IMG/VR virus record: IMGVR_UViG_3300011116_000560
Location: 1 to 55,985 of that record
Reading direction: 5' to 3' (one strand)
Origin: a virus
Taxonomy: Duplodnaviria > Caudoviricetes
DNA length: 55,985 nt
Below the pieces are notes generated by a model. The model was not told the DNA's origin, made no database searches, and saw only the letters and a list, made by a program, of their open reading frames with translations. This document shows positions 18,533-27,889 of the stretch, piece after piece (within the stretch, counting starts at the first letter, position 1; every line of letters begins with the position of its first letter). Made by a program: the position numbers and the translations under genes.

Positions 18533-19438
18533 TTAGAGCGTGACTACCGCGACCGCGAGAGCTTCAGGCTTCACAACCTTATAGCCATACACCTGCAACC
18601 CACGAATGATGTTGCCAAAGGTGGATTCCGCCCGAAGGCTTTCCATCTCGGTCATCTGGGAAGCAAACGTAAAGCCCATCTTGTGACCAGCAATAACGCT
18701 AAATTTGCCGGACGACACGTTAAGATTGTGGCTGATGTAGACAGTGAAACGGTCGACCATACCAACGCGACCGTTACGCAGCGGACTGGTGCTATCGCCC
18801 GTGATGAGCGCGCTTTTCAGATCTGATGCTTTGAGGTAGCCAGCCATCTTCGCCGGGATAACAATAAAACGATCAGATTCCGGAGCATTAGCTTCATCAA
18901 GCGCGGTGCCAATGTCGATGATCGTGGTGACAACATTTGACGACGTGATCGCAATTGGCGAGCCAGACGAACCAAGGTTAAGATTGCCTGTGATACGGCC
19001 AGCGGAAGTGCCCTTGTTGTTAGCCGAAACATCCGGGAGGAGATCGGTTAGAACGCGTGCGTCGATGGCGAGCTTCATACGCTCAGAAGCATCCTTCGAC
19101 CACGTGTCCATCATATTAATATCGGTCTGCACCTTATCAACATCGTCCTCGATGCAAGCAAAGTACTCGCCTTTGTCAATAAGAAGCTGCAGTTTAGCTT
19201 TCTCTGGCTGTTCAACCGTCAGAGTCTGACCTTTGGTGTAGCTACGTACCGTAATGGTCGGAGTACCACGGATGTTAACCGTGTCGCCAAGGCTCTTGAT
19301 CTCACCCTCGTATGAAGTATTCGAGATAGCGGACAGAACCGAGGCGTCATAGAAGTTCTCGATCAGTTTACCCGACCAGATTTCAGGAATAAAATTCCCG
19401 CTGTAGGACGGATGACCGGGGGAGGTAGGATAAGCCAT
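18533..19438 (-). CDS. Major capsid protein (P22 coat-like family), 301 aa
   Basis: FIPEIWSGKL...YEGEI...GDTVNI, LDEANAP...RF, F.NIIRGLQVYG.KVV.PEAL; follows the scaffold gene. Confidence 0.9.
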   Translation of the reverse strand: MAYPTSPGHPSYSGNFIPEIWSGKLIENFYDASVLSAISNTSYEGEIKSLGDTVNIRGTPTITVRSYTKGQTLTVEQPEKAKLQLLIDKGEYFACIEDDVDKVQTDINMMDTWSKDASERMKLAIDARVLTDLLPDVSANNKGTSAGRITGNLNLGSSGSPIAITSSNVVTTIIDIGTALDEANAPESDRFIVIPAKMAGYLKASDLKSALITGDSTSPLRNGRVGMVDRFTVYISHNLNVSSGKFSVIAGHKMGFTFASQMTEMESLRAESTFGNIIRGLQVYGYKVVKPEALAVAVVTL

Positions 19439-19455
19439 AGTAGAAGTTCCTTATT

Positions 19456-20502
19456 TTAACTGTTTGCGACTATGCGTCCATCCCGCTGCGCAGCGAAGAT
19501 GTCGCGTTCAATACGGTCACGCTCAGTTTCTTTCCCCTTATACTTCCCTTTGCGGACATCACTGTAGAAATCAGCGAGATCGGCTGGCGTATACGTGGCT
19601 GTTCTCTGGCCCGTAGGAGCGCCCGCACTACGTGAGCGACCGGGAGAAACCTGACGTTCCAGTTCTGAAGCGGACCGAGTGGATTGAGCACTGGCTTGAG
19701 CACCGTTGGCTGCTCCACCACTCGAACCATACATGTTGAAAATGGATATCACGCGATTAGGGTCCAGCTGTTTCTGGGCCTGATCTAGATACGCTTGCCG
19801 TGTGTTTCCGGTAAGTGGGTCAATGTCCAACAACCATGCTTGAAAGTTTGGATTGTTGTTGATCTTTTGCCAATCCGGAATACGTTCCGAAAGCGCCATC
19901 CAGAACCGTTCCTCAGTGCTTTGGGCTTGCTGTTGAGCAACCCGCTGAACCTGCGGAACGACCGAGTTGATATTGTTCATCGCACCACCGAGGGCCGATT
20001 CCAATTCTGAAATCTTGTTCAGAAGCGGATATAGCTCCTCACGGGACACCTTGCGCATCACATCTAGCGATTCACCATACTCGGTCTTGTCCGTATCGGA
20101 AACCAAGTCCAAAGACTGAGGACGTTGATTGCCTTGTGGCCTAGGAGCGGCAGGTGGGGCACTAGATATCGAAGCAATAAGCTGTTCCAGATGCGCTGTA
20201 CGAGCGGCTGAGTCGCGCAACTGCGCTTGCATCCGCCCCATGTCAGCATTGTACATTCCCTGAAGCGTACGCCATTTCTGGGCATACGTGTCAGAGTTAG
20301 GATCGTCGTCCAAAACGCGCGGCTCTACGATTTCGGACGAAGCAGGCGTAACACTGTCGGCAGAAGTTGTATCACCTACAATAGGATTACTGTTAGAATC
20401 GGATTTGGCGGGCACGGTGCCGCCTTCCTCATCAGCATTAATCTGTTTGTATAGTTCGCGGACTGCCTCAGACTGTTTACGAATCTGCTCTGGTACTGCC
20501 AT
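19456..20502 (-). CDS. Capsid scaffolding protein, 348 aa
   Basis: Acidic disordered N-terminus, coiled coil, PDW..IN....F..WL, C-terminal I..A.RDGRI; lies between portal and capsid. Confidence 0.75.
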   Translation of the reverse strand: MAVPEQIRKQSEAVRELYKQINADEEGGTVPAKSDSNSNPIVGDTTSADSVTPASSEIVEPRVLDDDPNSDTYAQKWRTLQGMYNADMGRMQAQLRDSAARTAHLEQLIASISSAPPAAPRPQGNQRPQSLDLVSDTDKTEYGESLDVMRKVSREELYPLLNKISELESALGGAMNNINSVVPQVQRVAQQQAQSTEERFWMALSERIPDWQKINNNPNFQAWLLDIDPLTGNTRQAYLDQAQKQLDPNRVISIFNMYGSSGGAANGAQASAQSTRSASELERQVSPGRSRSAGAPTGQRTATYTPADLADFYSDVRKGKYKGKETERDRIERDIFAAQRDGRIVANS

Positions 20503-20774
20503 TATACGCTCCCCCCGGGTGTGCGTTCAGATGAAGACAGCTTTCCATTACCGTTCTGGTAAGGCTTTGCTGCTAATTCAGGAGCTGCTGAGATGAACCT
20601 ATAAAGCTCACCTAATACCTGACACCGCCCCTGTGCGAGTGCCGGGTTACTTATTGCCTGCGGTAGTTGTTCAAGCTCATGCATGTACGCTGTGCGTAGG
20701 AAATCCATAAACTCTGGATTCCTCTTGGCCACAATCGCCATGGCTTCAACAACTTTGGGTGATGGCCGGATCAT
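20502..20774 (-). CDS. Small head-module protein, 90 aa
   Basis: Coupled at both ends between portal and scaffold; AQGRCQVL motif. Confidence 0.65.
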   Translation of the reverse strand: MIRPSPKVVEAMAIVAKRNPEFMDFLRTAYMHELEQLPQAISNPALAQGRCQVLGELYRFISAAPELAAKPYQNGNGKLSSSERTPGGSV

Positions 20775-22861
20775 GGCTGACCGCTCACCGCGCTGGACAC
20801 TACGTTACCTTCTTGCCCGCCTTTTGGCGAACCATCGGGGAACGTAGGTGTGGACGACGGAGCAGCGTTAGGCGCTCCGTGTGAAAGTTGTAGCCCGCCG
20901 GGAGGCTGCTCTTGCGGCATAGGCGGTTTCTGCTGTTGCACCCATGCGTCTAAAGCTGCCTTCTCACGCGTTGGCACAATTTCCTCAGACGGAAGCTGCA
21001 AGCTCTTGGATACTTCGCGTAGTATCGCTGCACGACCGCTGCGGCCCATAATTTCAGCGTCGATTGGGTTAGCCGTCGCGGTCAAGAATTCAACACGGCG
21101 GGCGTTCATCTGCTCCTTCATTGCCAAGTTAGCAGCGCCACGCGGTACGATATTAATATCACCCTTAATTTTTTCATCCGGATCATAGCGCATATTGTAA
21201 ATAAATTGCCGCCTGATGATAGGCTTTATTGTGTCGGCATCGATGTACATGACGACCTGACGAATGCCCTTGCCCGCAGACCCCATCAACATCGATAGAC
21301 CAGATGAGGTACGACCAGCGCCATGCACGTTAGTGTCGCCGTACAGATATGCAGGAATACCGGAATGGTCATCCGCCATACGAGCAAACCGCTCGTACAC
21401 GGCTATAAGCTGAGACGAATTATCGTTTGGCTGATTGAACCGCACCGCAGGAGCACTAGACCCGGCAGGATCATTAGTTACCTGCCAAATCTTCCACGGG
21501 TGCATTTGCGTAATGTCTTCATTAGGCGGCAAGCGCTCAAGGTTAACTTCCACCTGAGGACCAGATGCAATTCCCATGTTGTTAACCAAAGCGCGTACAG
21601 CCGCGTTACACACGTTCTGTACGTCTTCGATAATCTCAGGGATACCCTTTCCCCAAAACGCGCCGGGGCACTTGATAAACGAAGTCTTAGAATACGGCTT
21701 CTCACCCAGCGGATCATAGTTAAGCTCTGCCTTAATTATATAGTTACCAATTAGCCAAACATTGGCGTCGTACTCTTGCGCTTCGTCGGGTATTTCCTGT
21801 TCGGTCATGCCCCATTCGCGCAGCATCTTGCCAGATATTTTACCCCAGAATTCAAGTGCGTCAAACATATCTGTCGGGCGCAGCACAGCGTTAAACTTAC
21901 GCTCTTCCTGCTCCTTGGCATACATCTGAAAACTGGAAACCCATGAATTGCTTGTACTGCCCTGATCCAGAACGGTACGGACGGCATCCTCGTTATAGCC
22001 CGGTACGCCTATCAAATCGGCCAATTGTGTACGCGTCATCGGATGATGCTGAAATAAATAACCCTCGTTAAGAGTAGTAATCCCGGGTTCTGGATAGATG
22101 CGGAACGGATCAACGCGCTCAAACTCAGGCGCAATCACATCAGTCGGTTCTGCAATAGTAGCACCATTCTCGTCTTTACCCCACCCAAGCACACGTTGGC
22201 GGCGTATGACCGGGCCTTTAATGAATGCCGCCGGGAACGTAACCAAGTCTGTGATAAAGTCAGTAAACGCCTGATCCCAGCCGCCCTGCGCAAACTGATC
22301 CGCAATCTTTTCCTTCATCAGATCGGCGCGATCCTGTGCTTCTTGCAACTGCTTGAAGCGATACTGCTGCTGAAGAAATTCCTTTATTTCGCCCATATGC
22401 TCCGGCGTCGGAGCCTGACCAGTGTGCTCGGCAAACTGCATCACCATGGCCGCAACGGCTTGCTGTACTTGTGCGAGCAGTTCTGGAACCAGATCAGGGA
22501 TTGGCGTTGGGTCAATAGTCCACGGCGGGGTGCCGCTATCTAAAAGAATATCGCGCAACCAACTCTCAGCTGCGCGACACTTGACCTCGGTAATCATCAT
22601 GTAGACTTCAGCGCCGCCTTGCTTGCGGATAGCTGAAAGCTTATCTGCTTCATACTCGCCGTTGCGCTGCCGCATAGCGCGTAACATAATATACTCAATG
22701 GGCTGCTTAGCCCGTCTTGCTGCTTCCCAGCATAGTTTCAAGTGAGCTGCGATGCCCAGCATGAGAGGCGTGTTGTTCTTTTCGTCAGCCGCTTGCTTAG
22801 CCGCCGCTTGCTTATCAAGCTCGGAATTGCTCACGACACGAAGAAGGGACAGACCTGCCAT
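20771..22861 (-). CDS. Portal protein, 696 aa
   Basis: Size and position; VDPFRIYP, FWGKGIPE...Q...NA..R...NNM.IASGPQ and RTSSGLSML motifs of P22-like portals; Gln/Pro-rich tail. Confidence 0.9.
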   Translation of the reverse strand: MAGLSLLRVVSNSELDKQAAAKQAADEKNNTPLMLGIAAHLKLCWEAARRAKQPIEYIMLRAMRQRNGEYEADKLSAIRKQGGAEVYMMITEVKCRAAESWLRDILLDSGTPPWTIDPTPIPDLVPELLAQVQQAVAAMVMQFAEHTGQAPTPEHMGEIKEFLQQQYRFKQLQEAQDRADLMKEKIADQFAQGGWDQAFTDFITDLVTFPAAFIKGPVIRRQRVLGWGKDENGATIAEPTDVIAPEFERVDPFRIYPEPGITTLNEGYLFQHHPMTRTQLADLIGVPGYNEDAVRTVLDQGSTSNSWVSSFQMYAKEQEERKFNAVLRPTDMFDALEFWGKISGKMLREWGMTEQEIPDEAQEYDANVWLIGNYIIKAELNYDPLGEKPYSKTSFIKCPGAFWGKGIPEIIEDVQNVCNAAVRALVNNMGIASGPQVEVNLERLPPNEDITQMHPWKIWQVTNDPAGSSAPAVRFNQPNDNSSQLIAVYERFARMADDHSGIPAYLYGDTNVHGAGRTSSGLSMLMGSAGKGIRQVVMYIDADTIKPIIRRQFIYNMRYDPDEKIKGDINIVPRGAANLAMKEQMNARRVEFLTATANPIDAEIMGRSGRAAILREVSKSLQLPSEEIVPTREKAALDAWVQQQKPPMPQEQPPGGLQLSHGAPNAAPSSTPTFPDGSPKGGQEGNVVSSAVSGQP

Positions 22862-22865
22862 TTAT

Positions 22866-23078
22866 TTAGCGACCCGTCATCTTGTAAGGCTTACCGCCTT
22901 TAGCATAACCCTTGTTCTTGCTGGCTTTTACCGACCCGCCCATGGCATATCCTTCGCCCGGCTCCATGCCTTCGCTGGCTTCCTTAGCCTTGCTTTCGGC
23001 CTTCTCATGAGCAGGGCCTTCGGAATCCGTCATACTCAGTTTTGGATTAGATGATTTAAACGAGTATTGTTTTGCCAT
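22866..23078 (-). CDS. Small protein with GYAxGG motifs, 70 aa
   Basis: EGYAMGGSV and KGYAKGGKPYKM; abuts its neighbours. Confidence 0.7.
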   Translation of the reverse strand: MAKQYSFKSSNPKLSMTDSEGPAHEKAESKAKEASEGMEPGEGYAMGGSVKASKNKGYAKGGKPYKMTGR

Positions 23079-23363
23079 TTATTTTACAATCCGTTGTGGG
23101 GCATCAGAGCCCGGCCTAGGGACAGCATCGGAGATACTGAGAGCTTCATCTGCTTGCCGCTCTTGGTTCATCTTGTAAGGCTTACCATCTCGAGAGATGT
23201 ATTTTGACGATCTATCGTCGTCGGCAAACTCACGTTCCATTGTCTTTTTGGCTTCGGCCAACAAAGCTGGAACCTCGCCGCCCTCGGCATAGCCCTTACC
23301 CTGCTGCGGTCCGTGGACCGGCAGGTAACAACGATACGAACCCTTGGTTTGCGGTATTTTCAT
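23079..23363 (-). CDS. Small protein with a GYAxGG motif, 94 aa
   Basis: KGYAEGGEV and GKPYKM; shares a 19-bp repeat with the adjacent gene. Confidence 0.65.
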   Translation of the reverse strand: MKIPQTKGSYRCYLPVHGPQQGKGYAEGGEVPALLAEAKKTMEREFADDDRSSKYISRDGKPYKMNQERQADEALSISDAVPRPGSDAPQRIVK

Positions 23364-23648
23364 CTAACACTTCCATGCCCGGAGTGATTTGTTTATGCGC
23401 GAGTTTGGATCGTGAGCCGTCGCGGCGCTGGTTAGCTTCTTCTTCATGCCTTCCATTCTCGCGCAAAATGAATCCCGCCGAGACCCGCCTTCCGGCTGCG
23501 GGCGCTTAAGTGTCCCGCCGGTTTCCTCATGGTACGACCGCCGACCCTTTTCGTTCAGGCCCCCATTGGGGTTCTTACCCTCGGCGCGTTGCCACGCTGG
23601 TGTGCCACTTGTCGCTTTCCGCGAACCTCTCGCGTCTTTAGTTTTCAT
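23364..23648 (-). CDS. Basic conserved phage protein (DUF6321-like), 94 aa
   Basis: GGLNEKGR..Y...LKRP...RRDSFCARM.G...SLRAWKC. Confidence 0.75.
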   Translation of the reverse strand: MKTKDARGSRKATSGTPAWQRAEGKNPNGGLNEKGRRSYHEETGGTLKRPQPEGGSRRDSFCARMEGMKKKLTSAATAHDPNSRINKSLRAWKC

Positions 23649-23663
23649 GGTGATTTCTTTCTA

Positions 23664-25052
23664 TCACGTCCAACCCATTGCTGCAACTGGGCGGATTTCA
23701 CGCTTGGCTGCGACTAACGACCCAGCTGAGGCGCTGGCAATGTGAAGGCATAGGTACTGCAGGGCCTCGGCCACGTGGGACGCCTTGTTCTTGTCGATGT
23801 CGCCGTCTCCCTTGGGTTTGTAGCGATACCCCCCCATCATCGCCGCTTTAAGCTGCGTGCATCCGGGGTCCAGCAGGAACGCTGGCTCTCCGTCGACCTG
23901 CCGCATAAGGAACTCGTCGACTGCGTTAATCCGGGCCGACACGGAGTTAGTTCTAGCAGGCATAACCCGCATTCCCTCGGCCTTGATGATATCTACCGCA
24001 CTGCGTTCGTCGGTCTGTGCCCGCTGGACACCGGCGGGGTCGACCACCACGAGGATGGGCGCACCGGCGAACCGCTCGAACAGCAGCGGCTTGAGCATGG
24101 TGCGTACAAACCGTTGTACCCCCATGTCAAAGCTGACGCACTCGGCGTAGACCAATGCCCGGCCACGCGGGTCAAGCTGGCCTATGACGGCAGCGGGAGT
24201 GAGGCCGAGGTCCATTCCGACAACAATGGGACGGATGCCGTTATTGATGTGGCGTAGTTTTTGCCGCGCCATATGGTAGTCTGGTTTGAAATATTTATAA
24301 ACGGGCATACCGGCGAGGCTAAGTCCGTACTCACCGTCGATGTAAACGCGTATGTATTCTTCGCTTCTTCCCTGAGTATCGTAGTATCCATCGGGTAGAT
24401 TATCGATATTCTCAGCACTCTGGCTGCGTCCTGAGGGCTGCTTGAACACCGCCCATCCATTGTCATTGGCGCTCACTCCGTCAATTGAGCTGAGATGTTC
24501 GAGCTGGTAGTACCACCACGTATCCATGGTGGGCGGGTTGGTGTCCCCCCACATGCCGTACCACGTCGGCCCACCGTCCTTGGCAGATGGAAAACGTCCT
24601 ATGCGCTTGGACATAGCGTCAATGATGTCAGGGTGGATGTCGCGGCACTCATTGAACCACGCGCCTGTCAGTTCGAGCGAGTTGAGGTTGGCCACGTCGT
24701 CGCTATCGTCCAGCGCTCTGAACATGATCTCGGACTCGACGTCACCCACCTTGAACAGATAGGTCTTGGTGGTGCGCATGAACTGGCCACACGCCCCCGG
24801 AGGGAACCAGTCGAGGAAAGTCTTGATGGTCGTATCCTGCAGCTGCCGAGCCGTTTCGCGGACGACCGCGAATCGCGTCTTGCGTATGCCGTTGGCGGAC
24901 GGCTCCTGCTGACTAGCCCGGCGTACGATCTCGAAGCTGCACCCCACCGACTTGCCGCTGCCGACCGGCCCCATGACGACCCTCATGCGGCTATCGTCCT
25001 CCATGAAGCGGAGGACGACCGGAGGCGGGGTGTAGTCAATCTCTAGTGCCAT
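23664..25052 (-). CDS. terL: Terminase large subunit, 462 aa
   Basis: Walker A GPVGSGKS, Walker B WFNE, coupling motif DTNP, RNase H-like GMDLG, C-terminal HVAEALQY. Confidence 0.95.
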   Translation of the reverse strand: MALEIDYTPPPVVLRFMEDDSRMRVVMGPVGSGKSVGCSFEIVRRASQQEPSANGIRKTRFAVVRETARQLQDTTIKTFLDWFPPGACGQFMRTTKTYLFKVGDVESEIMFRALDDSDDVANLNSLELTGAWFNECRDIHPDIIDAMSKRIGRFPSAKDGGPTWYGMWGDTNPPTMDTWWYYQLEHLSSIDGVSANDNGWAVFKQPSGRSQSAENIDNLPDGYYDTQGRSEEYIRVYIDGEYGLSLAGMPVYKYFKPDYHMARQKLRHINNGIRPIVVGMDLGLTPAAVIGQLDPRGRALVYAECVSFDMGVQRFVRTMLKPLLFERFAGAPILVVVDPAGVQRAQTDERSAVDIIKAEGMRVMPARTNSVSARINAVDEFLMRQVDGEPAFLLDPGCTQLKAAMMGGYRYKPKGDGDIDKNKASHVAEALQYLCLHIASASAGSLVAAKREIRPVAAMGWT

Positions 25053-25177
25053 TGAATCAATGCCATGTGTAATTACCGGGCGGGTGGAAAATCTCTATAG
25101 TGTACGTATCGTCCACTTCCCGGGTGGTCCGGTAGGACACGTAGTGGCTGGCCAGCCCGTCCTCAATGGCCTTGACG

Positions 25178-25630
25178 TTAAGCGGAGCTGTCAAGCCTTG
25201 CAGGATACGCGTCGATGAGCTTGGCTGAGGACTCACTCGCGCCAAGATTAATCGTGATTTTAACCCCGCCACCCGCATCCCCTGTCTGTGCACCATCTTT
25301 TGGCTCCAACCCAGCCCACTTGACGGTTGATTTAATGAGATCGGCTTTTACCGTGGGGCTTACTTCTGGGGCGTGGATTAACTTCCACGAAGTTAGAAGC
25401 AGCTCCTCGGCCTGCGCTCTGGCTTTGAGCCGAAACGTCAGGCCACGCTCATGGATTTCGTCACGGTAATTTGCCACCTGCTTGAGGAACACGCTGTCGC
25501 CGTTGAGCGCCAACAGGTCCACCGTGGTGATGCGGTGCTTGTCCAGCAGGTCGTTTAGCTCGTCCCCGCTGCCTTCGAGGCGCAGGGCGATATCAAACGC
25601 CAGTTTGTCAGACCACTTGGAGTTATCCAT
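25178..25630 (-). CDS. Terminase small subunit (probable), 150 aa
   Basis: Helical protein directly upstream of terL, ending in the beta strand VKITINLG typical of TerS. Confidence 0.65.
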   Translation of the reverse strand: MDNSKWSDKLAFDIALRLEGSGDELNDLLDKHRITTVDLLALNGDSVFLKQVANYRDEIHERGLTFRLKARAQAEELLLTSWKLIHAPEVSPTVKADLIKSTVKWAGLEPKDGAQTGDAGGGVKITINLGASESSAKLIDAYPARLDSSA

Positions 25631-25669
25631 GGAAGGTGAGCCTACAGTATGTGGTGGGTATAAGGCAAC

Positions 25670-26608
25670 CTACGTCGAATAGCTTCTCAGGAGAGCAAGG
25701 TCTTCCTCAGTAAGCACTGGCCATGGTGGAGTGACCCTGCCGAGGTCCTCAATGTTGGTAATACCATTATTAAGCCTGTAGTACACCGTCGCCTTCGAGA
25801 TACCCCTACTTTGCGCAAAATCCTTCACAGACACCCCACCGAGCAGAGTGGAAAAATCGCGCATTGGAGCTAGTGCCTGCGAATCCGATAGCCCGCGCCT
25901 ACGCCTGTGTCGTATGGCCGTGGCTGGTACCCCGGAGCGTTCCGAAGCTTCAGCCATCGTTATCTTACCCCAAGGTGTGCCCATAAGAACGTTATTACGC
26001 TTGTTACGGTTCTGCTGGGTGGGCGTTTCCCAGCGCACGTTATGCGGGGCATAGTCTCCGTCGTTATCGATCCTACCGAGCGACAGTTTAATAGAAGATT
26101 GCGGTCTTGGCGGGCACTCTGCGATAAACGTAGCTACGTCATGCCACCGCTGGATTACCGCAATGCCCCTACCCCCATAAGAGGCAAAGTGTACAGCACT
26201 AAGATTATAACACCTATCCATCATACCAGCGTGGGTGCTGTAGAGGGGGTGTCTGCTAAGGCCGTGTGATGCCGGGGCTAGACAGCCACAATGCAGACTG
26301 ACCCCTCTACGAAGCTTTGCCGTAGATGCCACCGCTGTGCCACCGCAACTACAGCTACACTTCCAGCGTATGGGATGAGATGCCACCCACTTCTCTACCG
26401 TCAACTCTCCAAATACTATGCCAGCTAGGCTGGTTCGGGGTCCAACGTTTCTGTGGCACCCGCATGACGTGACATGCCCCGTTCTAAGCGCGGAGCCGCG
26501 TACATCAACCGTCTTCCCACAGAGGCAAAGACAGCGAAAAACCGTACCTTTCCCCCTGCTGGGAGCTGGGGATACTACGGTGAGCCGCCCAAAATTTTTC
26601 CCTATCAT
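25670..26608 (-). CDS. HNH-like homing endonuclease with two CxCxCG zinc modules and C-terminal HTH repeats, 312 aa
   Basis: FGRLTV...CLCLCG...SCGC twice; M.DRCYN...YGGRGI.V..RW; RIDNDGDY.P.NVRW.T..QQ.RN. Confidence 0.85.
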   Translation of the reverse strand: MIGKNFGRLTVVSPAPSRGKGTVFRCLCLCGKTVDVRGSALRTGHVTSCGCHRNVGPRTSLAGIVFGELTVEKWVASHPIRWKCSCSCGGTAVASTAKLRRGVSLHCGCLAPASHGLSRHPLYSTHAGMMDRCYNLSAVHFASYGGRGIAVIQRWHDVATFIAECPPRPQSSIKLSLGRIDNDGDYAPHNVRWETPTQQNRNKRNNVLMGTPWGKITMAEASERSGVPATAIRHRRRRGLSDSQALAPMRDFSTLLGGVSVKDFAQSRGISKATVYYRLNNGITNIEDLGRVTPPWPVLTEEDLALLRSYST

Positions 26609-26726
26609 CTGAAGAAACTAGCATACCCCCCACTGATATGCAAGAGATTTGTAAGTGTACGTGTTAGAAAGGGTTTTGGGGGTCTTATCGTAAGAAGTTG
26701 GGTACTCATGGGGGCGGCCTTGGCCT

Positions 26727-26759
26727 GCTTGTCCATGTGGGGGGGTAGCATGGACAAGC
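26727..26759. repeat. Perfect 11-bp inverted repeat with a G7 loop between the divergent arms
   Basis: GCTTGTCCATG-TGGGGGGGTAG-CATGGACAAGC. Confidence 0.8.
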
Positions 26760-26816
26760 CTCGCAACAGCGCACATCACATGGTGCAATGCACAATGATC
26801 TGAGCAATAGGCAAAG

Positions 26817-26850
26817 CATAACTTGACAAACTGTAAGGTTATGTCATTAT
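26817..26850 (+). promoter_or_regulatory. Early sigma70-type promoter overlapped by an operator-like palindrome
   Basis: CTTGAC-N17-CATTAT inside the imperfect palindrome CATAACTTGACA-AAC-TGTAAGGTTATG. Confidence 0.6.
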
Positions 26851-26928
26851 GTATTTACCGGATCGATACCGAGCCGGGACAGCCCAGCTAGGGCTGGGCT
26901 GTTTGAAAACCAAATATGGAGACTTCAA

Positions 26929-27273
26929 ATGGCCACCAATGCTAAAGCTGTTGCCCAAATGCTCCCCACTTATCACGTTGCCGCCAAGGGCAAAAACGTG
27001 GGGCAAGAGGTTCCTACTTGGGTTAGCATCGTCATCGATCCTAAAGATGTTGAAGCTAACAAGGCGCTGCAAGATGTGAAGGAAGCCGCCGCCAAAATGA
27101 ATGCGGCAAAGGAAGGGTTCGAGGCGCTCATCATCGCTCGACACGGGAACAGTGTTCCTCCGGGCCATGTCCTCAAGACTTCCTTCCTTCGCGGGTTCGA
27201 CAATGGAGTGATGGGCGCCATCCGCGAGGATGCCCCGGCCAAGTCGAACAGCAAGACGGGCTTCAGGCTCTAG
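26929..27273 (+). CDS. Early hypothetical protein, 114 aa
   Basis: GGAG RBS; first gene after the promoter. Confidence 0.8.
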   Translation: MATNAKAVAQMLPTYHVAAKGKNVGQEVPTWVSIVIDPKDVEANKALQDVKEAAAKMNAAKEGFEALIIARHGNSVPPGHVLKTSFLRGFDNGVMGAIREDAPAKSNSKTGFRL

Positions 27274-27338
27274 TACCCTAGAACTACCTGCCGGGCATTA
27301 TGCCCGGCAGGCCTTCCTTCAACCCATATGAGGTCAGC

Positions 27339-27491
27339 ATGTCACGTTCAAGGTGCTTTACCACCATTCAAGTCCCTATGAAGAATGGAAAGTATCGAAC
27401 CGTTCAACTGGAAATACGTCCAAAACGCCATCGTGAAGCAATATTGGCGCGGCTTAAAGTGAAGCACGCAATGATCGAGATAAAAGAATAG
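27339..27491 (+). CDS. Small basic early protein, 50 aa
   Basis: GAGG RBS before ATG 27339 (MSRSRCFTTIQVP...). Confidence 0.6.
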   Translation: MSRSRCFTTIQVPMKNGKYRTVQLEIRPKRHREAILARLKVKHAMIEIKE

Positions 27492-27546
27492 GCTCAGAGG
27501 GAGAGGCGCAAGCCTCTCCCTTCCTCTTCAACCAAACGAGGATAGC

Positions 27547-27717
27547 ATGAATACAGAAGCATTCAATGAACTAGCAGCGTGGCTTATTCGACGCGTGGCC
27601 TTACGCGAGATGGACCCGCTAAAGGCGCAGAGCTGGCTATATATGGCCTTTCAGCAGGTCAAAGACGGCTCTTACGTGGACTACCATCGAGCGGAAGACG
27701 CGCTATTCAAAGCCTAA
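27547..27717 (+). CDS. Small early protein, 56 aa (not in the ORF track)
   Basis: GAGGA RBS; MNTEAFNELAAWLIRR...EDALFKA*; followed by a terminator. Confidence 0.7.
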   Translation: MNTEAFNELAAWLIRRVALREMDPLKAQSWLYMAFQQVKDGSYVDYHRAEDALFKA

Positions 27718-27725
27718 ACACAGAG

Positions 27726-27752
27726 AACCCCAGCGAAAGCTGGGGTTTTTTT
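27726..27752 (+). terminator. Rho-independent terminator
   Basis: AACCCCAGC-GAAA-GCTGGGGTT followed by a T run. Confidence 0.9.
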
Positions 27753-27889
27753 GTTGCCTTTTTGCAGGACTGCCGCTCTGCGCAGCGAGATTTGGCTTAC
27801 TTTATAGGCACTTAGACCATACTTCGGGGGGATATAGCCCTAAGACGCGCGCACACGTTTAACGCGCAAAATCGAGGGGTATTTAGCCG

